Assembly: GCA_976551045.1 (NCBI GenBank)
Contig: CDPCPM010000120.1
Coordinates: 7,192,001 to 7,256,000 of the forward strand
Source: Glaucostegus cemiculus
Lineage: Eukaryota
DNA: 64,000 bases
Direction of reading: 5' to 3'
Numbering within the stretch: position 1 is the first letter of the stretch; every line of letters begins with the position of its first letter. Of the stretch, positions 39,557 to 51,705 are shown piece after piece. The notes beneath the pieces were generated by a model that saw only the letters and a list, made by a program, of their open reading frames with translations, had not been told where the DNA came from and did not search any database. Made by a program: the position numbers and the translations under genes.

Positions 39557-39756
39557 GAAACTGTTTTTAATAAAACTTAGCCACATGCTCAGTTTATATT
39601 CCTTTCTAATTATTCCAAACAGAACATACTCTTGAAACTCCTTTTAAATTTTCCTCACATTGGCACAGGATATTTTGAGGCTTAACAAAGGTAAACATGA
39701 CACACAAATTTAAGATTATGAAGGCCAGAGCTTTTGAGCTATCATGAGTACTTAAC
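39557..39756 (+). repeat. Copy 2 of the ~200-bp duplication, with an internal 22-bp inversion
   Basis: See copy 1. 39579-39600 is the reverse complement of 38741-38762 with one mismatch. Confidence 0.9.
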
Positions 39757-40309
39757 CCCCCTGACAGAGGAAGCATGTACTTTCTCCCGAGATTCTCTGC
39801 ATATTTAGTCCTGGCTATCCAACAAAATATGCAAGTAGATGGCACTTCAGTAGCAGAATATTCAAGTTACAGACTCCAGAGCTGTCTGATAGTCTGTGAA
39901 CAGCTAGCAGCAATCAATGTGATTCAAATAACTGAGGTTATGCCAGCTTTCATCTCTGTGGTTCGATCAGAGATGATAAACCCCACTTGGTCATCTTATT
40001 GTGACCGAAATCAGAGCCTGTCAGCTTTGGGTCATGACTTTGATTGAGCTGCTGAATTCTACTCCAGTTCCTTCTCACTTATTTTCATTATATCAGTCTT
40101 AGTGACATTGGGCCACTTGAGTGACTACTTGGAATCAGTCTGCAAGATTGCAAGCCAGGGCTCCTGTGTATCTTATTCCAATTTTATTTCTGAACTTGAT
40201 TTGTTTTGAACCAGAGAGTATCTAAAATGTTAGTTTGACCACTGCATTGGTGCTGCTTCCTGCACTCGTGCAGAACTCATCATATTTATCATCTTTGCCA
40301 CCAAATTCA

Positions 40310-41380
40310 CCTAGACTATCTGTGCACTTCTTTTCCTTCTCTGGATCTCTCTGACTCCATTCACCATTGTCTACTATAAACAACAGCTACGACTACATCT
40401 CCTCCCAAATGGTCTCTTTCAGTTTCTCCATCTCTGCTGCACCTGTTCTCAAAATGAGGCTTTCTGCTCTAGGACTTCTGAAATATCAGCCTTCAGCACT
40501 TCTCCCAGTGCCAATGGGATCCCATCATATCTTCCCCTCTATACCCCCTCTCCCCATTTGTACTGTCTACAGGGATTTGCTGTCTTTGTGACTCCCTGGT
40601 CCATTCATCCCATCCACCCCTCCCCTTCCCCTGAAACTTTCTCCTGCAACTATCATAGGTGCAACACATCCCTTCACTGCCTCCGTCACCACCATCCAGG
40701 GACCTAAACAGCCCTTCCAGTTGAGGCAGAGATTCACGTAAGCATTCTCTTACCTGGTCTACTATATTCGGTGCTCTCGATGTGGCCTCCTCTACATTAG
40801 TGGGACCAAGCATAGACTAGGTAATCATTTTGCAGAACACCTACATTCTGTCTGCAACAGCCATCTTGAGCTTCCAGTTGCATGTCACTTAAATTGCCCT
40901 TCCCATTACCACACTGACTTGTCTGTCCTCAGTCCTCTCCACTGCCACGGTAAGGCCAAATGCAAACTAGAAGAACAGAATCTCATATTCCGCTTGGGGA
41001 GCCCACAGCTTAATGGCAACCCAGTCCCTTGTGTTCCTTTCCCATTCCCATCAATCCACACAGGGTCTCTCTCCCACACCACCCCCTTTCTTTTTCAGCC
41101 CTTGGCCTCTTCTACCTATCACCTCTCAGCTTATTACATCTTCTCCCCCTCCCCCACCCACTACCTCCCCCCTCTCACCTGGACTTGCCTATTACCTAAA
41201 CTCACCTATACCCTGCCTGCGTGTACTCCTCCCCCTCCCCCTCCCCTCACCACCTTATTCTGGCTTCTGCCCTCTTCCTTTCTAGTCCTGATGAAGGGTC
41301 TCAGCCTGAACCATTGACTGTTTATTTCCCTCTGTGGATGCTGCCTGACCTACTGAGTTCCTCCAGCACTTTCTGTGTAT
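40310..41380 (+). mobile_element. Penelope-like element 3' half: RT remnant, GIY-YIG endonuclease, pLTR
   Basis: 40691-41015 reads TIQGPKQPFQLRQRFT*AFSYLVYYIRCSRCGLLYISGTKHRLGNHFAEHLHSV...PVACHLN...KLEEQNLIFRLGS. pLTR with a hammerhead-like motif at 41284-41320. Confidence 0.92.
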
Positions 41381-41384
41381 TGGT

Positions 41385-41823
41385 CCACTTCATTGACTCT
41401 GTCTACACTTCCTACTGCCTTGGGAAAGCGCCAACATAATCAAGGACCCCTCCCACCCCTGGCCATTCTCTCTTCTCTGCACCCCCACTGGGCATAAGAT
41501 ATAAAAGCTTCAGAACACATACCATGAGGCTTAAGGACAGCTTCTATCCTGCTGTTATAAGACTCTTGAACGAACGTCTCGTATGCTAAAGATGAATTCT
41601 TGACCTCTCAATCTACCTCATTATGGTCCTTGCACTTTATTTGTCTGCCTGCACTACACTTTCTTTGCAACTGTAGCATTATATTCTGCATTCTGTTTTT
41701 GTTTTCCTTTTGTACTACCTTGATGTACTTATGTATGGAATGATCTGTCTAGATGGCATGCAAACAAAAACTTTTCACTGTATCTCAGTACATGTGACAA
41801 TAATAAACCAATTACCAATTACC
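41385..41823 (+). mobile_element. Rex1/Babar-type LINE 3' end
   Basis: IIKDPSHPGHSLFS..LGIRYKSFRTHTMRLKDSFYPAVIRLLN, then a 3'UTR ending AATAAA(CCAATTA)n. Confidence 0.85.
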
Positions 41824-41824
41824 T

Positions 41825-42010
41825 GCCCCCATCTCATCCCTCCCTCACACTTCTATATACTGCCTATCTTCCCTCTACACTCTCAGTCCTGATACAGGGT
41901 CCCCGCTCAAAATGTCAACTGTTCCTTTGCTTCCACAGATGATGCTTGACCCACTGAGTTCTTCCTGCAGTTTAATTTTTGCTCCATATTCCAGCATCTG
42001 CAGTCTCTTT
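41825..42010 (+). mobile_element. PLE terminal repeat
   Basis: CAGTCCTGATACAGGGTC...CCACAGATGATGCTTGACCCACTGAGTTCTTCC...TTCCAGCATCTGCAGTCTCT. Confidence 0.8.
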
Positions 42011-42569
42011 TTTCTCCATACATTATTTCTTACTGATGCTAACAGTTTTAAAAGCTTTATATAGAAAAAAGTCATCCTTTACCTGAGGTATGTGTTCTGC
42101 AGCCTTTAAATTTCTTGTTTTATTTCCTTTCCCACCTAATAAGCTAATCGAGAGCATGATGCTTCTCTTGGACTCTGATTTCTTAAAGTTTTATGCATAT
42201 TCACATTTTTATAATGATGGAAGAATGTTTTTGGTAATGTTTTTATTTACTATAACTATTACAGAAGTCATCAATTTCCTGTTAATAGCACATTGCCAGT
42301 GATGTGAAACAAGGATGTGCAGTTACAGGAGTGGCTGATGTGAAGATAGAGCTGGTTGTAAGATTGCTCTCAAAATAAAATGCACGTGTTTTGCCCAGCA
42401 CTTTATTTTGTACATGTTTGCTAGGTAGAGATATTATTTTTATTCTGCACAGAATATTGGCAACATTGGCATGTCGATTATACTTGAAGGTGGTGGTAAA
42501 GCCATCTTCTGAATTTTGCGGTCTTTGTGCTGAAGGTATTCCCACAAGGATGATGCATTGGTATGTTCT

Positions 42570-43012
42570 AAGGTTTTATTTTCCCCTGGTGGTGATGGTA
42601 TGGGTGAAGAGTGGAATGCTAACAAGTGGACTGCTTTGTCTTGGAGGGTGTTTTGCATCTGAGTGTCAATGGATTTGCATTCATCCAGGCAAGTGGTGAG
42701 CATCTTATCACATTTTTGACTGATGGCTTGTAGATAATGTAAAGACTTTTATAAATCTGGAGGTGAGTAATCTTACTATAGAATATCCAGCCATTGCCTT
42801 TCTTAATATTTTGATGGCTAGTCCAGGTAAGTTTCTGGGCGATGAGGACCCCAGTAACATGGATAGTGTGGGATTTAGTGATTCTATTACTGTCAAATCT
42901 CAAAATGGTTATTTTTTTTTGGAAAGAATCCATGCCTGAAATTTATGTGACTCAAATATTCTTTGCCACTTATCAGTCTTTTCCTGCAAGTTGTCCAGGT
43001 CTTGCTGCAATG
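42570..43012 (-). mobile_element. Old CR1/L2-group LINE 3' RT fragment
   Basis: ORFs 42619-42933 and 42440-42703 read IIYKPSVKNVIRCSPLAWMNA and LTWTSH...NTLQDKAVHL (TIYKAQVRSVMEYSPLAWM-type). Confidence 0.65.
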
Positions 43013-43984
43013 CATTATTATCTAACTGCACTGCAGGCAAGTTCAACATTTATTTATATTGATCTGAACTATAGATGACTTGCCCCTTTTTTCTGCCCCT
43101 TTTTCCTACCACTTGCCAGTACTAACCTTGTGTGAACGTGTGAGCTCTATCACACTGCTTCTACCAAACTGGGACTCCAATCCTGGAATTGTATTATAAA
43201 GTGTAATGATGACTCAGTTATGTTAACCCCAAGAATGCTCTATTAGAGGATAAGGCTATGGGCAAAGCCTTGCCTTCCATCAAATCTCTCTGAATCACTA
43301 AAGCTATTAAAATTACTTAGAATATCTGATTTTTTATTTTAAATTTTTTAATATTTTAATTAAATATTTTAAATAATTTTGAATATGATTCAATAAATTT
43401 TATTTTAAATAATTCTTCTAGTTATTCAAAGTAATAAATAATTAAAAGCCTATTAACATAAAATAAGATAACATAAGTAACTGAATTTAGCATTTTTTTT
43501 CCAATCTCCATTTTGCGAATCTCCATGCAAATGAATGACATTTCCAGTTTCATGCCAATTCTGCTGCAATTAAATGGCAGAGGGGGAAATCCCTAGCATG
43601 GAGTCTGACGACAGAGCTAAATGATAGATGATTTTATCTGTCACTCTGCTTGAATCGGACTTACAGTAAGGATGTACTTGCCTGGGAATGGCGCAGAGCC
43701 TATGATTCCATAGCCCTATATAGTTCCCTTTTGCTTAAACCACAAACAATACTGACTTCCTCAACTTGGCACATCTCGCACATAAAATTTGTGCACTGTA
43801 ACTCAGACTGCTCAAACGTGTTTCTACGAGATGTTATTGTTTATATTTTACAAATTTTAGGTTTGAAATTTAAAATATTTCAACATTTTGCTCCATTGCT
43901 TGTTTGGGTAGTCTGCCATTGCTTTGCACCAGGGCTTCTTATTTTGTCATGCTATGGTTGAAAAGCACTATGCAAAGTGAAAAT

Positions 43985-44145
43985 CAAAACTACAGATGCT
44001 AGAAATTGGAAATAAAAAGAGAAAATGCTGGCAACACTCAGCGGGTCACGCAGCATTCATGGAAAGAGAAATAGACTTAACGCTTCAGCTTTGAGAACCT
44101 ACATCAGAACTGGGAAGGAGAGAAAACAAGTTAGATTCCAGCCAT
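43985..44145 (-). mobile_element. PLE terminal repeat
   Basis: CTACAGATGCTAGAAAT.GGAAATAAAAAGAGAAAATGCTGG..ACACTCAGCGGGTCA.GCAGCAT. Confidence 0.8.
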
Positions 44146-44171
44146 GCTAAGTAACATTGGTGGAACTGGAT

Positions 44172-45430
44172 ATAAGAAATAGGAGCAGGAATAGGACATT
44201 GGCCTTTTGAGCCTGCCCTGCTTTTCATCAGGATCTTGGCAGATTCCTACTTCAGCTTCATTTTCCAGTTCTATTCCCATATCCATTGATTCCCTTAAAT
44301 GTTATTTCTGTTTTGAATGAATACAATGATGGAATACAATGATTGAGACAGTGAATTAATAAAATGACGTGTTCTTAATGCAGAGTCTTGACCCAAAACG
44401 TTGACCATCCCTCTGCCTCCACAGATGCTACCTGAACTGCTGAGTTCCTTCAGCAGTTTGTTTTATACATTAAAATCCAGATCCAGATTACAGCATCTGC
44501 AGAGCCCTATGTCTATAATGACTGAGCGTCCACAGAACTCCAGTGTAGACAATTCCAGAAGTTCAGCACTCTCAGAAGAAGACATTTCTCCTCATCTCAT
44601 ACTTAAACTGACTAACCCTTATTCTCAAACTGGACCCTCTGGCCCTAGACTCCTTAGTTGGGGGAAACATACTCCCTATATCGTCTGTCAAGCTCTTTAA
44701 GATTTTTATAAGTCCTGAGGGGACCTCCTGTAAAGTATAAAGAATACAGTCCCACTCTGTTCATTCTTTCCTTGTACAGTAAACCTGCCATCCCTGGAAC
44801 CTGTCTCGTAAACCTTTGCCACACTCCCTCCATGGCCAATACATTATTTCTTGGGTAAAGAGACCAAAACGGTACATAAATGGTGTAGTCTCATCAACTC
44901 CTTGTACAATTGCAATCTGACATTGTTGCTCCTCCAATCAAACTCCTATATAATAAAGATGAACATACATTTGCACTCTTAATCTCTCACTGTACTTGCA
45001 TGTTATCTTGTGCATTTGGACACCTGGATCCCTTGGAATATCAAGACTACTAATCTCTTCTCACTTAACAAATACTTCGCTTTTCTCTTATGTGTGCCAA
45101 AATGGATGACTTCTCATTTTTCCATGTTATAATCCAACTGCCATTTGCCATGTTCTTGCCCACTCTCAGCTTGTTTGTATATCCTTGAAGTGTCTTTACA
45201 AGCTTCTCTGTGCTCACAATCCTACCTTGTTTAGTATCATCAGAGAACTTGGAAATGTGACATTTTGTCCCCTCAGCCAAATTGTCATTTTAAAAAAACT
45301 GTGAATAGCTGGGACCTGAGCACTGCTTCCTGCAGCAACCCCAGTAGTCATAGCCTGCCAACCCGAGAGATTTTTGTTTGATTTGTGTTCAATTATTGTT
45401 ACTCAATCCATGTAAAAATGTTACCTCCAT
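44172..45430 (-). mobile_element. CR1 LINE 3' portion, interrupted by a PLE pLTR (~44370-44515, +)
   Basis: ORF 45065-45280 reads ISKFSDDTKQG (RT F/YADD region); 44654-44839 reads MEGVWQRFTRQVPGMAGLLYKERMNRVGLYSL; tail ATAAGAAATAGGAGCAGGA at ~44172. Confidence 0.85.
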
Positions 45431-45479
45431 TTCCAAAAGTGGAAACTATTATTTTGGCCAGTTCCAAATGCCAGGTTTT

Positions 45480-46165
45480 AGCAAGGTCATCAAGTCTTGA
45501 GGGAAGGCCCAGGGCAGATTACTTGAATAGTACCAGAGATTGAAAAAACATACTGAGAAACTGGGGTTGTTCTCTGATAAGTTAAGTGTTCAAAATTTTG
45601 AAGGGTTTTAAAAGACTTAGTAAATTATAACTTATCACTGATGGAGAAGTAGTAACCAGAAATAAACCTGGAAACCGGGTGTATGCTTACCCTGGAACAT
45701 AGGCTCCAGCTTGCACATGTGTGACCCCCGATGTTGGATTAGCTTTCAATAGTAGCCTGAAAGGCTTACATTCAGGTGCAGAAGTTTCAGGCCCAGTGTA
45801 CATGACCTTGTACTCGGGGACTTTGGAATTTTCATGACTACTGGGGATTCTGGGTCAACTCTGGAGAGTTACCAAGCATCTTTAAAGGTCACAGATTTAA
45901 CATAAACAGCAAAAGAGCCTGGAGTGGTTTGAGGGAAGTAAGATTATGTAGTGAGTCGTAATGATCTATACTGTATCATCAGGATGGTTGGTGGAAGAAG
46001 ATTAAAAACTTGTGTTCAAAAAGTACTTCAAATGATACCTGATAGGGAAAACTGCTAGGAGTCTGGGGAACTGAGCAGGAGAATTTGGGTAGCTTTCAAA
46101 GAATCAGCATGGACATGGAGGCTGAATGGCATCATTATGCGTTGTATTGTTGAGTGATTCTGTGA
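45480..46165 (+). mobile_element. Old CR1 3' end, with an unidentified ~200-bp insert (~45670-45880)
   Basis: CTGAGAAACTGGGGTTGTTCTC, GTGTTCAAAATTTTGAAGGGTTT, GGTCACAGATTTAA, and GGCTGAATGGC.TC.TT.TGCGTTGTA tail. Confidence 0.6.
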
Positions 46166-48974
46166 CCTGTGGACAACATCTGTGGAAGAAAAGGTTTCCT
46201 CAGCATGAAGTGTTCTAGTTACCTAATCCTTCTGTACCTACATCATGGAGTCTAAAGTGCACACAGGAGAAAAATACCATATTTTTATTTTTGTCATTAG
46301 TTTCCCTGTGGCAAGATAATGTTCCTGAATGAGATTTATAACTTTCTCTGGTGGCAATTTACATTAGAGCAATTGTGCCCATGATAGGCCCCAATGAGCA
46401 GAAATTATTTGCAAACAGTTTTCAGGCCCATGCAAGCATCAGTACATATGGTAATAGACAGGAAAGAAACAATGATTTCCTCATTATAGTCAACAAGATC
46501 CACAAGTACAATTATATTAGGATTCATTGAATTTGGAACCACTGTGGACACCAGATTACAAAGATACTTTGTTCCTCATGCTGACATAGCAAAAAGCAAT
46601 TCTTGCACCAGCCGTGCGCTATTAACATGGCATTGATCATTACCAGAGGAAATTAATCATAAAAGGAGTAAAGTGCTCCTTTAGAGAGTGCGGAAAGTAC
46701 TCGGTGAAGCTGAAGACCACAGATGTTTATGTCACAGATGCAGGTCATTCAGTTCATCACATCTGTGCCAGCTCTTTGCAAGAACAATCCAGACTTAATT
46801 CCACTGCCTTATATTATCGTGTATCTTCCTCGATTTATTCCCTTTGGAAAGGATTCGCATTGCAACAGCTTACTGCAGAGGGAAATTTCTCTGAGTCACT
46901 CTGCTTATTCTGTGTACAGATTTAAATTGACATTTTTTACAGAAAATAGTTTTTTCTTTATTCACATTGATAAGCTTTTTAAATATTATGGAGAAAATCC
47001 AATAATTCTTATAAAAATATTCTGTGCTTCAGTGAAAAATTCCAAGCAGGAAGGGTGTAGCAAGCCAAAATCTCAGAGACATAGAACGAGTCTGTGAAGG
47101 ATTGTAGATTGAGGCCTTTTAGGATCTGCAAGTTGGTGCACTGCTGCTTTTTAGGTCACTGAAGCTTGAAGAGAATATGCTGAAAGCAATCTGGATTGTT
47201 GACCCTTGCATATTTGTTGTTAGTTTAGGATTAGCCCCTGGGCTAAATGTTGCTGGGAAAGGTTGCAGTTTTGTCATGATGTGCTGGCTTTTACCCTGGC
47301 ACTGGACCATAATGACTGACATCAACTTGCCAGTCCATTTATTTCAATGGAAATATTATAGCCACAAGGAAGAAAGGTAAGAATGGAGCAAGGTACATTT
47401 TTCTTAATTGTGTTTGTAGTAATGTTTTTAATGGTTTAAATATGTTAGTTGATTTATTTTTAACATTTTAAAAAAGTGTAAAATTATTTTTTAAATTCTT
47501 CTTGAAACTGCCAATTGTCGTGAACATTCAAAAGCTTGGCAGCTTTGATGGATGTCGTAACTTGTTCAGGCCCACTCACGTGGCTTGGTTGTGTGATGCC
47601 TGCTGATTGTATACAATGCTCTTTACCAGTAGGTTCAATTTCCTCTTTCTGAACCAAATAAGTGTTGAGAAATGTGCAGTCTGAATGGCAAATGCTGGCT
47701 GGTCCACTCCTGTCTATTGCCACATGAATTAATCTGCACTTCATGCACCAGATGTTACTTTTTCTGTCATGCCTCATGTTGCACACCTGAATTATATCTA
47801 CCCATATTTTGTGTATCCTTGAAGCTCCACGCTCCAAAGTAAATGGCTACCTCTTAAGGCCTTGTCCCTCTCACAGCTTCCAGCTTTTCCCTCACTACTG
47901 CCACCTTCTCTCACCCCACACCATCACCATGATCCTGAGCCTATAGAAGATTCAACCTGTAAATAGTCTCGCTGAGAAATGCTTCATTCCTTGTATAACT
48001 GGCTTGATTTAGTGCTTATAATATTATTTATTTCTTTATCAAAATACATATCTCAGTGCAAAGGTGAGCTTTCCCAAATGGGATTCTCTTTTGGGAAGTT
48101 TCCACTCAGATGGCAGTTTCCCAACTGAGCGTGGAGCAACACATTCTTTTAATATTTCTGGGGTTGGTAGGTAAAGGTTTATTATTCCATATCTTTTCCA
48201 TGCTGCCATCTTAATCCACTTTAAGAATGAATGCGGTTCCGGCTACCTGCCACTTATCCCTAACATGAATCTTATCAGCTTCCAACATAACTGTTATTTT
48301 GTAAGTTATGAGGTTACATTAACTATCTGATGAAATGAATATTCAATAATAAAATCCACTTTTTATAATACCCACACAAAAATACACATGGTGCTAGAGA
48401 TTCATAGTAAATTTTCTCAGTTGGCCACAACTTTGGCAGAAATCACATTTCCATAGATTTTCTTAGATTTTACAGCATCCATTTGGGGAACCCACAATGA
48501 AATTCCTATGTATATTTTCTGTCTTGGTTGAGCAACTGCTTGTGAGATTTGCTAGTGATCTGCCAAAATATTTTAAGAAGTGTTACTGTTTGTTTTAAAT
48601 TGCAGTGGCTTGCTCTCAAATAAATTTTCTACCCATGTGTTTTGACAAACGTAAGAGAAATCCAACTTGTAATATGTTCAGCAGGGGTTACTCTTGCTTC
48701 TCCTTGCAATATTTTTGTGCAGAAGATGATATAATTGAGGCCAGCTTGTATTTTGGATCTGTGTTGTAAAATTTTCCAGTGAATCTTGGCTCACAAATAA
48801 AATGGATATTTGTTATTTTTCTGGGAGCCAAAGTTCTGTGGAAAGATTTATTGCACAACTGCAGTATAGAATTTTATGGTGCAGTGATAGAACACCAGCC
48901 AGATCTGATGATATCATCTTCCCAGAATTCATTGCATCAAACATTCGGAATATAATGGATTATTTTTCAAAACA

Positions 48975-49330
48975 TCATGTTATATTTGTGAAGGCAATAT
49001 GCATTGGTTGCTGCTGCTCCCTGCTCTCTTGGATGTGTTGTCTGGTGAAATTCATGTCCATTGTGCTTCTGTGGCAGAACCTGCATTGCAGCTCTGGGAA
49101 GAGCTCTTCAGTCACTGGGATGAGGCAGTTGAGGAGGATCTTGCATTGACTTTTACCTTTGATAGACAGTATTGGATACTCTATTATAATTACGACAATT
49201 CAGTTTGTTTTCTTTCTTGATGATGGTCACAATAAAAGTGTCTCTGAGTCCTCCAATGTGTTCTCCTCTTCCCAATGCAACCTTCATAAAATCCTTTGTC
49301 CAGTGGTAAGGTAAGGGTATTAATGTCACT
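48975..49330 (-). mobile_element. RTE-type LINE RT fragment
   Basis: Minus strand reads IVTIIKKENKLNCRNY...GKSQ/ARSSSTA (frameshifted ARILLNCLIPVTEELFPELQCRF)...STMDMNFTRQHIQE..REQQQPMHIAF, matching RTE RT domains 0-2. Confidence 0.8.
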
Positions 49331-51269
49331 GTCCTCTCCCAAGCCAGCAAACCCATCTTGGAGGCTCTGATCAAACTCAATTTAATGGGCAGACTACATT
49401 ATTTTGTTATCTGTCTCTGAAGCAAACCTTTTATTTTTGAGTTCCATCAAGGCAAGCACTATACAGGAGGACAGAGAACATACTTTAAGGACTTCGTGAA
49501 AATGTCCTTTGGGGAGAAGGTATATCATCTTCATCAATTGATGAAAATTTCTGTCCCAAGACTGCGCAACCTGGCAGAGAAGCATCTGGGAAAGCACAAG
49601 CACTTAAATTCTCTCTGGGAGCATGTGGTGGGCAAGTGAAAATGGTGGAAGGAGCATATAGTAGTCCACTCAATCCACCTGTTCCACCACTAACAGAGTT
49701 CACACATCCCACTTGGATACATTAGCAAACTCAGAATCCTTAGAACCATGATAGTGGAGCAAATGATCTGTAATTTCAAGAGACTATCTAAGAAGAAAAT
49801 ATTTGTAATCAATTAAAATACATCACTTTCTTTTTCAAAATAGTTAAATATGATAAACTGTTGTTTTTGTTTCAATTGATCAAGAAGCAAAGGTTTTTAT
49901 CCCAGAATGGTCTGCTATTTGTTTGACACGTGACTGCAGATGCTGGAATTTGTTCATAATTCATTCAAAACATGAGTACTGCAATATCTCCGCATTGTAA
50001 TAAAATCTTTTGATGAAGTGGTGAATTAAGGAAGCTTCTGAACACCTTTAAGAATGGAATGCAGAATGGTCAGATAGGCAACAGGTGTTCAGGTATAATT
50101 TAGGTTGAATTTCTATGGAGGGTATGTTCTATCATTTGTATTTAGTTTGACTCCTACATGCACATTTCATCTGGGAGAAGGAAAATTTGGCAAAATCCAT
50201 TCATCCTGTTTTGTAAATTTAGCTCATTTTTGGTTTAGGAAGTACAGCACCATGGTTCCTTAACTTTTCCAGCTAAATGATACAGGTGGCATCCATAAAG
50301 ATGACAATATTAAGGGTTGGTAGACTGCACTCAAGATTATGTATGAAAAGGGAGGCAGAAAGCTCGGGAACTACAGCAGAGAAGAGATGAACATTTTCAT
50401 TATTTTTAAATAATATTTCATTGCTGTTGGTGAGATAGAAACATTATAGGATGTATTATCCTTATCTATAATTCTCTTGTTTTTTAAGAGTTCTGTAAAT
50501 ACTGTGTATATTGATATTTATCTAAAGCTTAATTAGTTTCTATATGATTACATTGAATGCAATTTAAATTTTAAAGCCAAAATAAATAATATAAGAGCTG
50601 GCCCTTAAACAGATTGCATGCAATGCCTTAAATCTTTTCTTTATAAAGTATGTAGCCAAAGGATATTTATACTCACTTTTTTTCTCTAAACATTGTCAGT
50701 ACAACAAAGATTTTCATCTGGGTGTAATTTCAACAGTACTTTATTGAATGATGTACATCTGCTTTTCTTCTCTAACATACCTTAATGAAATAATTTTTAA
50801 CTATTCCTGTTAACCTTTTGTGAAGTACAGTGTCTCTGGATCCAATAGACCACACAAATGTTTTCATAATTCAGTCACTTGAATGGTAGCACTCAGCTGT
50901 AGAGCAACTAATTTTGGACCCCATCACAGGGTTAGTGATAAGCCTACAAAAAATTGTTGTGACATAGTATTCATTTACCTGTGATAATTTGGAGAATTGT
51001 TTGAAATAAAGATGTAAGTGAATTATCGATTAAGGAAATAGGATAATTGGTCTCAGAAGTCTAGTGTCACCACACCTTCAGCAGTCACTGGAAGCTTGAT
51101 GCGCTATCATAAGTTTGTTGCAGCATTTATGAATCTGTCACTGATTTCTCCCCACAGCCCAGCAAGATTATATACATCTGCTTCCCTTACTGTAAGCACT
51201 GAGGAAATATTTAATCCCCTTTGCCCATCTAAACCATCTGAAAACTGGCTAATTCTTATCCTCCTAATT

Positions 51270-51520
51270 TATTTTTTTTTCCATCTTTCTACCTTCCCCA
51301 TTGGCCAAATCTCTCTTTTCCCAGTGGCTGGCCTTTCTGTACTTTAGTCCCTTTACCTTACTTTCTCACACTCTGTGCTTTCACTTCTTCTAAATCTCCT
51401 CCTAACCATTGCTTTCTCCCTCTCCTTCTCTCCTCCATCCATTTTTGCCTTTCACCCTCTTCTCCGCCCCCCACCCCTTATTCCCATTTCCCTTTCACTG
51501 CTCACTGCATTAGTTTCTCA
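51270..51520. repeat. Polypyrimidine low-complexity tract
   Basis: Strong C/T bias; source of ORF 51375-51644. Confidence 0.75.
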
Positions 51521-51554
51521 TTATTTAACCTTGCTTGTTCTGAAAAAGCATTGC

Positions 51555-51705
51555 AAGGGTTATGGTTTAATATCTTGTCCAAAAGACAGCGCCTCTCATA
51601 ATGCAGCAAGTACTTCTTCATGCTGCATTGAACTATCAGTTTAGAGTCCTTGAGTGGGGTTTAAATGCACAACCTTTTATTTGGGTGAGAGTGTTACCAG
51701 ATGAA
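51555..51705 (-). mobile_element. Deu-type SINE 5' portion
   Basis: GGTTTAATATCT.GTCCAAAAGACAGC.CCTC...ATAATGCAGCA...TGCTGCATTG...GAGTGGGGTTTAAA. Confidence 0.6.
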
